Part shown: piece by piece, positions 48,234 to 57,861 of the stretch
How positions within the stretch are numbered: position 1 is the first letter of the stretch
Layout: each line of letters opens with the position of its first letter
Origin: Patescibacteria group bacterium
GTDB taxonomy: Bacteria > Patescibacteriota > JABMPQ01 > JAQVVF01
NCBI GenBank assembly: GCA_041662665.1
Contig: JBAZSC010000001.1
Coordinates: 449,511 to 513,510 of the forward strand
Direction: 5' to 3'
DNA length: 64,000 nucleotides
Notes under the pieces: generated by a model
What the model was told of the DNA's origin: nothing
Databases searched by the model: none
What the model saw: only the letters and a program-made list of their open reading frames with translations
Translations under genes and position numbers: made by a program

Positions 48234-49475
48234 ATGAAAATACAATACGATTTAATAGTAATTGGTGCAGGTCCAGCTGGAATCATAGCTGCTGGCAGAG
48301 CAGGCGAGAGAGGTCTTTCCGTACTTTTGATTGAAAAAAATCCAAGAATTGGCGCAAAATTATTATTAACAGGCAAAGGCAGATGCAACATTACTCATCA
48401 AGAAGATGATCCAAAAAATTTCATCAACCAATTTGGCAAAAACGGAAAATTTTTATACAAAGCTTTAAATAATTTTAGCATTCAAGATACATTAAATTTC
48501 TTTCATAAATTAGGTATTAAAACAAATGTTGAGCGAGGCAATCGAGTTTTTCCATCAACTGGTTCAGCATTAAACGTTGTTATGGCATTAGAAAGATATT
48601 TGATCAGAAACAAAGTTCAATTATCAGCAGACACTAGAGTTTTAAAAATTGTTAAAGAAGGCAACAGAATAATTAAAATCAAAACATCAAAAGGCGATTT
48701 TATAGCCAAAAATTATTTATTAACAACTGGCGGAAAATCATATCCAGAAACAGGCGCAACAGGCGATGGCTTTGAATTTGCAAAAGAATTAGGGCATAAT
48801 ATAATTCCTCCAAAGCCAGCATTAACTCCAATTCTAGTTAAGGAACAATTGATTAAAGATCTGCAAGGTCTGAATTTAGAAAATGTTAATATCAGTGTTT
48901 ACCAAAATAACAAAAAGCAGGATGAAAGATTTGGTGAAGCGTTATTTACTCATGAAGGAATGAGCGGACCAATCATTTTAGACATGAGTAAAAAAATTGG
49001 AGAGTTGCTAAAAAATGGACAAGTTGTTTTGCAAATAGATTTTAAACCAGCACTAGATTTTCCAAAATTAGATTTAAGAATTCAAAGAGATTTCAAAGAA
49101 TTCCATAATAAAGAATTTAAAAATAGCTTAAATAAACTTTTACCGCAAAAATTGATTCCAGTAATTGTTAAATTATCCAATATCAATCCAGATAAAAAAG
49201 TAAATTCAATTACCAAAGAAGAAAGAAAAACCTTGATTCATTTATTAAAAGAATTTAAACTAGAAGTTCAGGGGCTAACTGGTTTCAAAAAAGCAATTGT
49301 AACTTCAGGCGGAATAGATTTGAAGGAAATTGATCCAAAGACAATGAAATCAAAAATTATTAATAATTTATATTTTGCAGGTGAAATCCTAGATTTAGAT
49401 GGACCAACTGGCGGATATAATTTGCAAGTTTGCTGGAGTACTGGATATTTGGCTGGAGAAAACGTTACTAAATAA
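48234..49475 (+). CDS. HI0933/BaiN-family flavoprotein
   Basis: GAGPAG, TGKGRCN, GG.SYP.TG..GDG, FTH.G.SGP, GGYNLQ. Confidence 0.92.
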   Translation: MKIQYDLIVIGAGPAGIIAAGRAGERGLSVLLIEKNPRIGAKLLLTGKGRCNITHQEDDPKNFINQFGKNGKFLYKALNNFSIQDTLNFFHKLGIKTNVERGNRVFPSTGSALNVVMALERYLIRNKVQLSADTRVLKIVKEGNRIIKIKTSKGDFIAKNYLLTTGGKSYPETGATGDGFEFAKELGHNIIPPKPALTPILVKEQLIKDLQGLNLENVNISVYQNNKKQDERFGEALFTHEGMSGPIILDMSKKIGELLKNGQVVLQIDFKPALDFPKLDLRIQRDFKEFHNKEFKNSLNKLLPQKLIPVIVKLSNINPDKKVNSITKEERKTLIHLLKEFKLEVQGLTGFKKAIVTSGGIDLKEIDPKTMKSKIINNLYFAGEILDLDGPTGGYNLQVCWSTGYLAGENVTK

Positions 49476-49541
49476 AAAAACGGTATGAACCGTTTAGTAA
49501 TGAGCAAAAAATATTCTTTAAAAGTTTAGTGGAGAAAAAGA

Positions 49542-49679
49542 TTAAGGCAAAGGAAATCCAAGAACAAAATGGCCAAAAGCAATGTAACCTGCACAGAACA
49601 AAAAGCATAAAAACATTAATTTTAAAAAAGCCTGCCAATCGACATAATCAATATTCCATGAGACTGTCCATTTGCGCAT
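49542..49679 (-). CDS. 45-aa single-TM small protein (not in the ORF track)
   Basis: MRKWTVSWNIDYVDWQAFLKLMFLCFLFCAGYIAFGHFVLGFPLP*; AAAGGAG SD; TTGACA-N16-TATGAT promoter. Confidence 0.6.
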   Translation of the reverse strand: MRKWTVSWNIDYVDWQAFLKLMFLCFLFCAGYIAFGHFVLGFPLP

Positions 49680-49753
49680 CCGTCTTCTCCTTTTCTAGAA
49701 TGAGCTAAACTAATCATAATCTTACCTAATAATTTGTCAATTAATTAAATCTA

Positions 49754-50308
49754 ATGAAAAAAAGTTACATCGCAATCGCAGTCGTTATCATCGCAATTAT
49801 TTTAATTTTTATTTTTACAAAAATGAACAACAAAACAACAACAAACGAAAATCAAAATCAAGAAAATACAAATCAAACAGAAGTTGCTAAAAATGAGAAT
49901 GCTAATGTAAATGCAAGCGTTAACGAGCCAAAAAAAGCTAATGAAGCTAACGAAGTTGGAGATGCAAAATTAGGAGATGCTAATGGTCTTAAATCTGAAA
50001 TTTTGAAACCAGGAACAGGTGATAAGCAAGTCAAGAATGGTGATCTTGTTTCAGTTCATTACAAAGGAACATTAGAAAACGGCAAAGAATTTGATTCAAG
50101 TTACAAATATAATCAGCCATTTGAATTTACAGTTGGAGCAGGCGAAGTTATTAAAGGTTGGGATTTGGGTTTAGTTGGCATGAAAATTGGAGAAAAAAGA
50201 AAATTAACAATTCCATCAGAATTAGGCTATGGCGAAAGAGGTGCAGGTACTGTTATACCTGGCAATGCAACTTTAATTTTTGAAATAGAATTATTAGAGA
50301 TAAAATAA
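49754..50308 (+). CDS. FKBP-type peptidyl-prolyl isomerase, membrane-anchored
   Basis: VHY.GTL.NG..FDSS, VIKGWD, LGYG, IPGNATLIFEIEL. Confidence 0.93.
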   Translation: MKKSYIAIAVVIIAIILIFIFTKMNNKTTTNENQNQENTNQTEVAKNENANVNASVNEPKKANEANEVGDAKLGDANGLKSEILKPGTGDKQVKNGDLVSVHYKGTLENGKEFDSSYKYNQPFEFTVGAGEVIKGWDLGLVGMKIGEKRKLTIPSELGYGERGAGTVIPGNATLIFEIELLEIK

Positions 50309-50445
50309 TATCAGATTTGACACAAAGATAATAATTTAGTATACTAAATCTACGAAATTCTACTGAATTTTCAGTAGAATTTTTGTTTTAAGCTTCCGCA
50401 TTTTCTGCGTAAGCTTCTGCGTTTTTCCGCGTAAAAATAATTCTT

Positions 50446-52251
50446 ATGATAAACATTAGAAATATCGCAATCATCGCTCACGTTGATCATGGCAAAACTA
50501 CTTTAGTTGATGCGCTTTTGAAGCAATCAAAAACACACATGAAAAAAGAGGTTTCTGAAAAAACCTGCATTATGGATAGTAACGAATTAGAGCGTGAAAG
50601 AGGAATTACAATTTTCTCCAAAAATGCTTCAGTAATTTATAAAGGAACAAAAATTAATATTATTGATACTCCAGGTCACGCTGATTTTGGAGGTGAGGTG
50701 GAAAGAGTATTAAAAATGGCTGATGGCTGTTTGCTTTTGGTTGATGCCAAAGAAGGTCCAATGCCTCAAACAAGATTTGTTTTGAAAAAAGCATTAGAAA
50801 TGAAACACAAAATTATTGTTGTTATCAATAAAATAGACAAGCCATTTGCAAGACCTCAATATGTTTTAGACAAGACTTTTGAATTATTCTTAGAATTAGG
50901 CGCTGATGATGAATCAGCTGATTTTCCAGTTATTTATGCATCAGCAAAACAAGGAAAAGCTGGCACAACTCCTGAATTAGAAAAAATGACTGATATCACT
51001 CCATTGTTTGATTCAGTTTTAGAAAATATCAAAGCTCCAACTGGAAGTGATAGCGAGCCATTGCAAATGTTAGTTACTTCAGTTAGTGAAGACAATTTTA
51101 AAGGCAGAATTGCAATCGGCAGAATTTACAATGGCCAAATTAAAAATAAGCAAGAAGTTATTCAAATCAATCGCGAAGGCAAACACATCAAAGCTTGGTT
51201 AACAGCATTGATGACTTTTGATGGTTTAGAGCGATGCGAAGTTGATCAAGTTGGTTGTGGAGATATTGTCGCAATTTCTGGAATTCCAGAAGTTAAAATT
51301 GGCGAGACAATCGCTGATCCAGCAAATCCAAAAGCATTGCCATTATTGAGTATTGAAGAGCCAACTATAAAAATGACTTTCAGTATTAATGATTCTCCAT
51401 TTGCAGGAAATGAAGGTAAATTTACAACTTCAAGACAAATTGCTGAAAGATTACACAAAGAATTAAAAACTGATATGGCTCTAAAAGTTTTAGATACTGC
51501 CGAAGGAACTTGGATTGTTTCAGGACGCGGTGAATTGCATTTGGCAATTTTAATCGAAAGAATGAGACGTGAAGGATTTGAATTCCAAGTCTCTCGTCCT
51601 CAAGTAATTTACAAAGAAGTCGATGGACAAAGAATGGCTCCTTATGAGAGAATTTTTATTGAAGCTCCTGAAAAATATCAAGGCATAATTATTCAAAAAT
51701 TAGGCAGTCGCCATGCCGAATTAGTTGATATGAGAATTGACAGCGGAATCGTTTATTTAGAATTTACAATTCCAACAAAAGGCTTGTTCGGTTATCGCAG
51801 TCAATTTAAAACAGATACTCATGGCTTAGGCATTATGAATGCAAGTTTTTACAAATATCAGCCAGATAATTTTGTATGGAAAGAAAGAGATCAAGGATCT
51901 TTAATCTCAAATGAAAAAGGCAAAACTTGTCATTATGGTTTAACAAACGTTCAAGATCGCGGTGTCATGTTTTTCCATCCTGGTATTGATGTTTACGAAG
52001 GCCAAGTTGTTGGTCAGCATTCTAGATCAAATGATTTAGTTGTTAATGTTTGCAAAGAAAAAAAATTATCAAATATGCGTTCAAAAGGCGAAGGTGTTGC
52101 TGTCCATTTTAATGCTCCAAAAGTAATGGATCTAGAAGACGCATTAGAATATATTGCTGATGATGAATTAGTCGAAGTTACTCCTTTAAATATCAGAATC
52201 AGAAAGAAATATTTATCAGAAAATGACAGAAGAAAACACACACGTAAATAA
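50446..52251 (+). CDS. typA: Translational GTPase TypA/BipA
   Basis: AHVDHGKTT, ERERGITI, DTPGH, GRGELHL, EVTP..IRIRK. Confidence 0.96.
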   Translation: MINIRNIAIIAHVDHGKTTLVDALLKQSKTHMKKEVSEKTCIMDSNELERERGITIFSKNASVIYKGTKINIIDTPGHADFGGEVERVLKMADGCLLLVDAKEGPMPQTRFVLKKALEMKHKIIVVINKIDKPFARPQYVLDKTFELFLELGADDESADFPVIYASAKQGKAGTTPELEKMTDITPLFDSVLENIKAPTGSDSEPLQMLVTSVSEDNFKGRIAIGRIYNGQIKNKQEVIQINREGKHIKAWLTALMTFDGLERCEVDQVGCGDIVAISGIPEVKIGETIADPANPKALPLLSIEEPTIKMTFSINDSPFAGNEGKFTTSRQIAERLHKELKTDMALKVLDTAEGTWIVSGRGELHLAILIERMRREGFEFQVSRPQVIYKEVDGQRMAPYERIFIEAPEKYQGIIIQKLGSRHAELVDMRIDSGIVYLEFTIPTKGLFGYRSQFKTDTHGLGIMNASFYKYQPDNFVWKERDQGSLISNEKGKTCHYGLTNVQDRGVMFFHPGIDVYEGQVVGQHSRSNDLVVNVCKEKKLSNMRSKGEGVAVHFNAPKVMDLEDALEYIADDELVEVTPLNIRIRKKYLSENDRRKHTRK

Positions 52252-52517
52252 TAACCGCTAATTTCTAATTTCTAATTTTAAATTTCTAATTTTCATTAAA
52301 TTTTCAATATTTAATTTCTAAACACTACGAAAAGCAAATGAAAATTTAAGCATTAGATATTTAATAGAAATTAGTAATTAGAAATTGAAAATTCGTCAGT
52401 TCAGAAAATCTATTTACTTTTTTAAATAATAGTATATACTATATTTAAGCTTACAAGTTGTCTTAAACAACTTGAGGTCGAGTAGGCGGTTATATTAAAT
52501 TTTAATTACAAAAAACG

Positions 52518-52835
52518 ATGTTTAATAACGATAACGGCGCTCCAAGACAAATGGTACAAGGTAACTGGACATGTTCAGATTGTGGTAAAGAAATCACAGA
52601 ATTACCTTTTCAACCATCAGGAGACAGACCAGTACATTGCAAAGAATGTTGGGCAAAAAAAAGATCAGAAAATAGATCAAGTTTTCAAGACAGAGCACCA
52701 AGACAAATGGTGCAAGGAAATTGGGCTTGCTCAGAATGTGGCAAACCAATAACAGAATTACCTTTTGAACCAAAAGGTGATCGCCCAGTATTATGCAAAG
52801 ATTGCTGGAGAGCAAAAAGACCAGCAAGATTCTAA
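52518..52835 (+). CDS. Tandem CxxC-x17-CxxC zinc-binding domain protein
   Basis: Two copies of RQMVQGNW.CS.CG..ITELPF.P.GDRPV.CK.CW. Confidence 0.88.
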   Translation: MFNNDNGAPRQMVQGNWTCSDCGKEITELPFQPSGDRPVHCKECWAKKRSENRSSFQDRAPRQMVQGNWACSECGKPITELPFEPKGDRPVLCKDCWRAKRPARF

Positions 52836-52862
52836 TTAGATTCTTAAAAAGTCTTTCTTAGT

Positions 52863-52891
52863 CAGCCGTAGTGCTTTGCACGAAGGCTGAT
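52863..52891. repeat. Mini-hairpin element related to 19481-19509
   Basis: CAGCCGTAGTGCTTTGCACGAAGGCTGA versus CCGCCGAAGTCCCGCAGGACGAAGGCGGA. Confidence 0.6.
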
Positions 52892-53017
52892 GATAAATAA
52901 GACCGCTGTAAAAGGCGGTTTTATTGTGCAAAAATATTTTCTTGATTTAAATATTTATAGTGCTATACTAAACAAACTGGCAACAAGCCAGTTCACGCGA
53001 CAAAGGAGGAAAGAAAA

Positions 53018-53383
53018 ATGGGACCAGGTGAAAAGCCGATCCATTTGCACGTTGCTGAATTAATCCGAGTTTGTGCCTGCAGATGCTCCAATTTAGCAGA
53101 AATTCCTGCCGAAGAAAAAATCCACTTGCCTCGAATTTTGCGACTGCTATGTTCAATCCTTGAAAATTCAAAGCTAAGTGAGATTGAAATACCAGAAATT
53201 GAGCATGAATTAGAAGGAGTAATCGGCATATACTGCAGAAAAGATGAGAGAATTAATCCTAATGATGAAGCAAATGTAAATGAAATCAGATTCGATGATT
53301 TTGATGCCCAAACGAGAATAACATTGTTAAGTCTAAAATTAGAACTGGAAAGAAAGCGTCAAGAATCAAAGAAATCAAGTTAG
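53018..53383 (+). CDS. Orphan helical protein, family member 1 (related to 56365, 56821, 57294)
   Basis: ELI..C, LC.ILE motif; own promoter, 5' hairpin, AAGGAGG SD, terminator. Confidence 0.7.
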   Translation: MGPGEKPIHLHVAELIRVCACRCSNLAEIPAEEKIHLPRILRLLCSILENSKLSEIEIPEIEHELEGVIGIYCRKDERINPNDEANVNEIRFDDFDAQTRITLLSLKLELERKRQESKKSS

Positions 53384-53548
53384 CTGTACCTTTTTATGAG
53401 CATTTGCTCATTTTTTTATCCACAATTATATTATCTTTACATTAAAAATCATGTTGTTATACTTAAGCATACATAATTTTCAATTACAAAACATTAATTT
53501 AGCATCCGAATAATCCGCATGTAATCCGTAAGACTCCGTGAGAATCTA

Positions 53549-53577
53549 TTGACAAAAGGTAGGGTATCTGCTATACT
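53549..53577 (+). promoter_or_regulatory. Promoter of the double ATP-grasp gene
   Basis: TTGACA-N17-TATACT with extended -10 TG. Confidence 0.75.
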
Positions 53578-53748
53578 AATATATTAATTTTTAACAAGGC
53601 AAAGACCATAATACAATGATGCAAAACGATGATGTCCCTCTTCCTGAGGAAAATTATCAAGTAAGCAAAACAATCATAAATTTAATAACTACTAACAGAA
53701 GTCACTAGTTTTTTGGGCTTCTTTTTTAATTTACAAAATAATTTATAT

Positions 53749-56241
53749 ATGAAAAAAAACAATTCTTTAGAAGGCAAAACAATTCTCTTAGTCAATACTG
53801 GCACATCCAAGAAAAAATTTATCATCCAAAGATTAAAAAAACTTGGCTTGAATATTGTTGTTTTACATAAAGAAAAAAACTGGGCAAAAGATTATGTCAA
53901 AGATTGGATTATTGCCGATACATATAATCATACCGAATCATTATCAAGAGTTCGAGAATATATTGAAAATCATCCAAAAAGAAAAATTGATGGTGTTATT
54001 ACTTTCTGGGAAGATGATATTTTGTTAACTTCAAAAATTGTTGATCGATTCAATTTTATTGGCATTCCTTATGACATTGCTCGTCAATGCCGTAACAAAT
54101 ATTTATTCCGCCAATTCTGTGAAAAAAATGGCATCAAAGCTCCAAGACATAGAATTGTTCATACAAAAAAAGATTTAATCAAAGTTGCCAAAGATTTTAA
54201 ATTTCCATTAGTTATAAAACCAGCTTTTGGTTCTTCTAGTGCTTATGTTGTCAAAGTTCACAATATGGAAGAATTAGCTGAAACATTTAATTATGTTAAA
54301 AAGAATATTTCTACAGATTCAGAATCAGCTTTGACTGATGGTTTTGAAATTTTCGTTGAAGAATATTTAGATGGCGATGAAGTTGATATTGATATTTTAA
54401 TGCAAAATGGCAAAGCTAAATTTCATTCAATTTCTGATAATTATAATAAAAGCCATAATCAATTTTTCGTTGATAGTGGACAAGCTATTCCTTCCAGTTT
54501 GCCAGCAGAAAATCAGGAAGAATTATTAGACTTAGCTGAAGAAACATTAGAAAAATTTGGCATTCAAAATGGCTGTATTCACTTTGAAGCAAAATCTACT
54601 CCAAAAGGAGCTTATCCAATTGAATTGAATTTGCGTATGGGTGGAGATTATGTTTATTCTTATACTAAATCAGCTTGGAATATAGATTTGATTGAAAATT
54701 CTGTCAAAATCGCAACTGGTGAATTTATAAAAATTAAACAAAAAGAAACACCAGATAAATATCTAATTGGTTGGGATTTGCATCCTGATCAATCAGGCAT
54801 GCTAGTTGAATTAGACATTGATGAAGAATTAAAAAATAAAAAATGTTTAGAAGATCTTAATTTATATAAAGAAATAGGTGATCCAATTTTGATTCCTCCA
54901 GAAGGTTATGAAAGAATTGGCTGGCTTACTGTTTCTGGTGAAAATCCATTAGACGCTCAAGATAATTTAAAAGATGTTTTAAAGCACATCAATTTTCGAG
55001 TTACCAAATTTGATAATGAATCATCTTTAGGCAAGACATCTCGTCTTAATAGTTTATCAGCTGCAGTATTCAATAAAAACTTATTATTAAGCGCTGCAAA
55101 ATTCGCCAAAGTCAGACGCATTGATAAAAAAGACCAGCGTAATCTGCATATTGGCATAGTTGGCAATGCAGTTGATTATTCAGTTTCAAATACTTTTAAA
55201 ACTGAATCAATTGGTCAAGCAATGGTCAAAACTTTGCGCAATCGCGGTTATCAAGTTACTTTTTTTGACTTCAATAATTTAACAAAAGCGTTTAACGAAT
55301 TAAAGCACAGCGATATTGATCTAGCCATAAATATTTGTGATCGTTTAAATAATTCTGAAAAAGCGCAAGCAGAAGCTGCTGCAATTCTTGAATCATTGCA
55401 AATTCCTTATGTCGGTTCTGATTATTTTACGCTTGCTTTATGCCAAGACAAAATCAAAGTTAAAAAATTATTAAGTTATCACAACACACCAACACCAGCT
55501 TGGGATTATGCTTATGAATTAGATGAAGAAATTAATCCAGATTTAAAATATCCATTAATTGTCAAGCCAGGAAATGCAGACAGCGCTATTGGCATTACAA
55601 ATGATTCAGTTGTTAAGAATAAAAAAGAATTAAAACGACAATTGAAAAAAATTATCGGCGAACTTGGCATGCCAGCTTTGGTTGAAGAATATATTGAAGG
55701 CGATGAATATGATGTTTCAATTTTAGGAACAGAAATAGAAGACATTAAAGTTTTACCTTTAGCTCGTTCTAGTTTCAAAAAACTTCCAAAAGATTATTGG
55801 CACATTTATACTTATGACGCAAAGCATCAAAAAAATCATCCAATTTACAAAAAAATTAGAGTTGAACGTCCAGCCAAAAATTTAAGCAAAAAATTAGAAG
55901 CTTTAGTAACAGAAATTGCAATTGATGCTTATGCAATTCTTGATTGTCGCGATTATGGTCGCGTAGAAATCAGAGTTGATTCAGATGGCAATCCATATGT
56001 TTTGGAATTAAATCCAAATACATCAATTGGTAATATTGACTTTTTGCCTCAAGCAGCAAAATTAATGGGTCTTGAATATGCGGACTTTTTAGAAGAAATA
56101 ATTAATCTAGCAATCACTAGATATAAATCTCAAAAAACTCCAGTGCCATTTGCTAATGGACATGCTAAAAAGAATAATGTCCTAAGGCAAACTGCAAAAA
56201 TCAAAAATATTTCGCCAGAAGCAATAGCTGTTCAGCAATAA
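53749..56241 (+). CDS. Double ATP-grasp protein: L-amino-acid-ligase-like domain fused to a D-Ala-D-Ala-ligase-like domain
   Basis: NKY..R, FPLVIKP..G.SS, EEYLDG.E, E.N.RMGG; then IPYVGS, DK..VK, YPLIVKP, EEYIEG.E, YGRVEIR, LELNPN. Confidence 0.85.
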   Translation: MKKNNSLEGKTILLVNTGTSKKKFIIQRLKKLGLNIVVLHKEKNWAKDYVKDWIIADTYNHTESLSRVREYIENHPKRKIDGVITFWEDDILLTSKIVDRFNFIGIPYDIARQCRNKYLFRQFCEKNGIKAPRHRIVHTKKDLIKVAKDFKFPLVIKPAFGSSSAYVVKVHNMEELAETFNYVKKNISTDSESALTDGFEIFVEEYLDGDEVDIDILMQNGKAKFHSISDNYNKSHNQFFVDSGQAIPSSLPAENQEELLDLAEETLEKFGIQNGCIHFEAKSTPKGAYPIELNLRMGGDYVYSYTKSAWNIDLIENSVKIATGEFIKIKQKETPDKYLIGWDLHPDQSGMLVELDIDEELKNKKCLEDLNLYKEIGDPILIPPEGYERIGWLTVSGENPLDAQDNLKDVLKHINFRVTKFDNESSLGKTSRLNSLSAAVFNKNLLLSAAKFAKVRRIDKKDQRNLHIGIVGNAVDYSVSNTFKTESIGQAMVKTLRNRGYQVTFFDFNNLTKAFNELKHSDIDLAINICDRLNNSEKAQAEAAAILESLQIPYVGSDYFTLALCQDKIKVKKLLSYHNTPTPAWDYAYELDEEINPDLKYPLIVKPGNADSAIGITNDSVVKNKKELKRQLKKIIGELGMPALVEEYIEGDEYDVSILGTEIEDIKVLPLARSSFKKLPKDYWHIYTYDAKHQKNHPIYKKIRVERPAKNLSKKLEALVTEIAIDAYAILDCRDYGRVEIRVDSDGNPYVLELNPNTSIGNIDFLPQAAKLMGLEYADFLEEIINLAITRYKSQKTPVPFANGHAKKNNVLRQTAKIKNISPEAIAVQQ

Positions 56242-56364
56242 AATATAATAAAATAAATCCTCGCTCATGCGGGGATTTTTGTTGACTTTTTTAAATTAAA
56301 ATAGTATGCTCTAACACGTAACCAACTCAACCAGAGTTGGTCGCTCATTCAGGAGGAGAGAACA

Positions 56365-56715
56365 ATGGCTGAAGAAAGAGAAAGATTTGATCAATTGATT
56401 TGTAAGGCAATCAAAGATTCATTCCGTAAAGTATTTTTTAGTAATGAAGTCAGTGAAGAAAGAGTTGAGATTGCGCGTCAAACTTTAAGGGACCTATGCG
56501 AAATGCTGGAGACTGCAGCTTACAAGAAAGAGCACATTCAAGAAACTGTTGATTTCTTAAAGCATATCAGTTACGATCCTTATCGTCACGATGATTGGGC
56601 AAGAAGATGTTTGGATAGTTGTATTTATCGACTAAAGGCAAGAGTAAATGCTCCTGAAGAAAGCAAGGTGTTGCAACCAAACGATTTTCCAAAAGACAAG
56701 CCAGGAGATGAATAG
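56365..56715 (+). CDS. Orphan helical protein, family member 2
   Basis: LCEMLE...EHIQET..L...LDSCIYRL; TTGACT-N17-TATGCT promoter, hairpin, AGGAGG SD. Confidence 0.75.
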   Translation: MAEERERFDQLICKAIKDSFRKVFFSNEVSEERVEIARQTLRDLCEMLETAAYKKEHIQETVDFLKHISYDPYRHDDWARRCLDSCIYRLKARVNAPEESKVLQPNDFPKDKPGDE

Positions 56716-56730
56716 CTGAACCTTCTTATT

Positions 56731-56756
56731 TAGTGAGTTACCCTCACTTTTTTTTT
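56731..56756 (+). terminator. Shared terminator, copy 1
   Basis: AGTGAG-ttacc-CTCACT plus T-tract. Confidence 0.8.
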
Positions 56757-56820
56757 ACATTTTTTAGAATTTAGTATAATCTAATTAGTTGTTGCTCTGG
56801 CAGAACAGACAGGAGGAAAC

Positions 56821-57138
56821 ATGCCGAACCCAAAGTTGTTTCGAGAAAATGTGCTTGCAAATATTGACGCCTGCTGTCAAAAAGGTTTTTCTTTATCGCT
56901 TGCAAGACCAGATGATAAAAGTTATCTATCAATTCGCCTTGATTATCTGATTGCGCAATGTGAATTACTCGAAGGGTCAGCAATGAATGCAGATGAAATG
57001 AAATCAACAATCCATGCATTGTTGCAAGCTAGCATCAAAATTGTCATCGATTCAGGTTCTCGTAGTTTTGGTATTTTGGGATGTAGAATCATTGAAAGCT
57101 GCATTTATCGTCTTCAAAACAGATTGGCAACTTTGTAA
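56821..57138 (+). CDS. Orphan helical protein, family member 3
   Basis: CELLE...EMKSTI..L...IESCIYRL; AGGAGG SD. Confidence 0.75.
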   Translation: MPNPKLFRENVLANIDACCQKGFSLSLARPDDKSYLSIRLDYLIAQCELLEGSAMNADEMKSTIHALLQASIKIVIDSGSRSFGILGCRIIESCIYRLQNRLATL

Positions 57139-57165
57139 AATATAATCAGTAGGCGATCTTTTTCA

Positions 57166-57188
57166 TAGTGAGTTACCCTCACTTTTTT
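57166..57188 (+). terminator. Shared terminator, copy 2
   Basis: Same TAGTGAGTTACCCTCACTTTTT as copy 1. Confidence 0.8.
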
Positions 57189-57293
57189 ATTTGCTCAAAA
57201 AAATAATTTCTCTTTACTTTAAGCAAAGAAATGCTATCTTAGAGCTAGCTGGCTCGCAGACAAGAGCCATGTACTTTGGAAGAGGAGGAGCAA

Positions 57294-57698
57294 ATGGCAG
57301 AGCCAGAAAAATCAAAGTTGATGCACGAATTGATTTGCAAGGAAATGCTAAAAATCGTTGAATTGGCTTTTGGAAAGATTGAAGGTGTTGTTTCCGCAAA
57401 TTCTGCAAAGAATATTTGTTTGGATGTTGTGAGAAGGCTTTGTTGTATTCTTGAAGAAGTTGAAATGAAACCAGAGCACATCAAAGAGACAATAAAATCT
57501 CTTGGCCGGACGCAAGGTTTCATCAGATTGCTTGAAGGTGCAACTTTTGAAATTTCGACAGATGATTCAGACCGGCTTGACAGAATTCTTGAAAGTTGTA
57601 TTTCGCGCCTTCATATCAAGCTAAATCCGCCTGAGCAACCAGGTCCAAGCTTTGTTGGGAGTTGTGAAAGAAAACCTGATCCAGGTGCATTGCGATAA
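57294..57698 (+). CDS. Orphan helical protein, family member 4
   Basis: ELICK, LCCILE...EHIKETI..L...LESCISRL; GAGGAGG SD. Confidence 0.75.
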   Translation: MAEPEKSKLMHELICKEMLKIVELAFGKIEGVVSANSAKNICLDVVRRLCCILEEVEMKPEHIKETIKSLGRTQGFIRLLEGATFEISTDDSDRLDRILESCISRLHIKLNPPEQPGPSFVGSCERKPDPGALR

Positions 57699-57708
57699 AC
57701 AGAACCTT

Positions 57709-57731
57709 TAGTGAGTAATCCTCACTTTTTT
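57709..57731 (+). terminator. Shared terminator, copy 3
   Basis: TAGTGAGTAATCCTCACTTTTT. Confidence 0.8.
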
Positions 57732-57861
57732 ATTTGTCCAAAAAAATAAAATCATGCTATAATAAATTCAACAAAAAATTAGTGTATTCGCAGTATTCGC
57801 ATATTCGTATCATTTGCATTATTTGTATATTCGTATTATATATTTAAAAATAAAAAACAAT

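Noticed and set aside
45471-49475. Genomic island or prophage at tRNA-Gln
   Set aside because: No integrase, no duplicated tRNA 3' end and no phage genes
53596-53665. c-di-GMP-I riboswitch (GGCAAA...GCAAAAC resemblance)
   Set aside because: No GAAA-capped P2 stem or convincing pairing; an Infernal search would be needed
53616-53708. Graspetide (microviridin-like) precursor
   Set aside because: No recognisable leader or core motif, and the ligase is not of the RimK/MvdD type
56280-57731. Integron cassette array
   Set aside because: The repeated ends are intrinsic terminators, not attC sites (no RYYYAAC...GTTRRRY); each gene has its own promoter; no IntI
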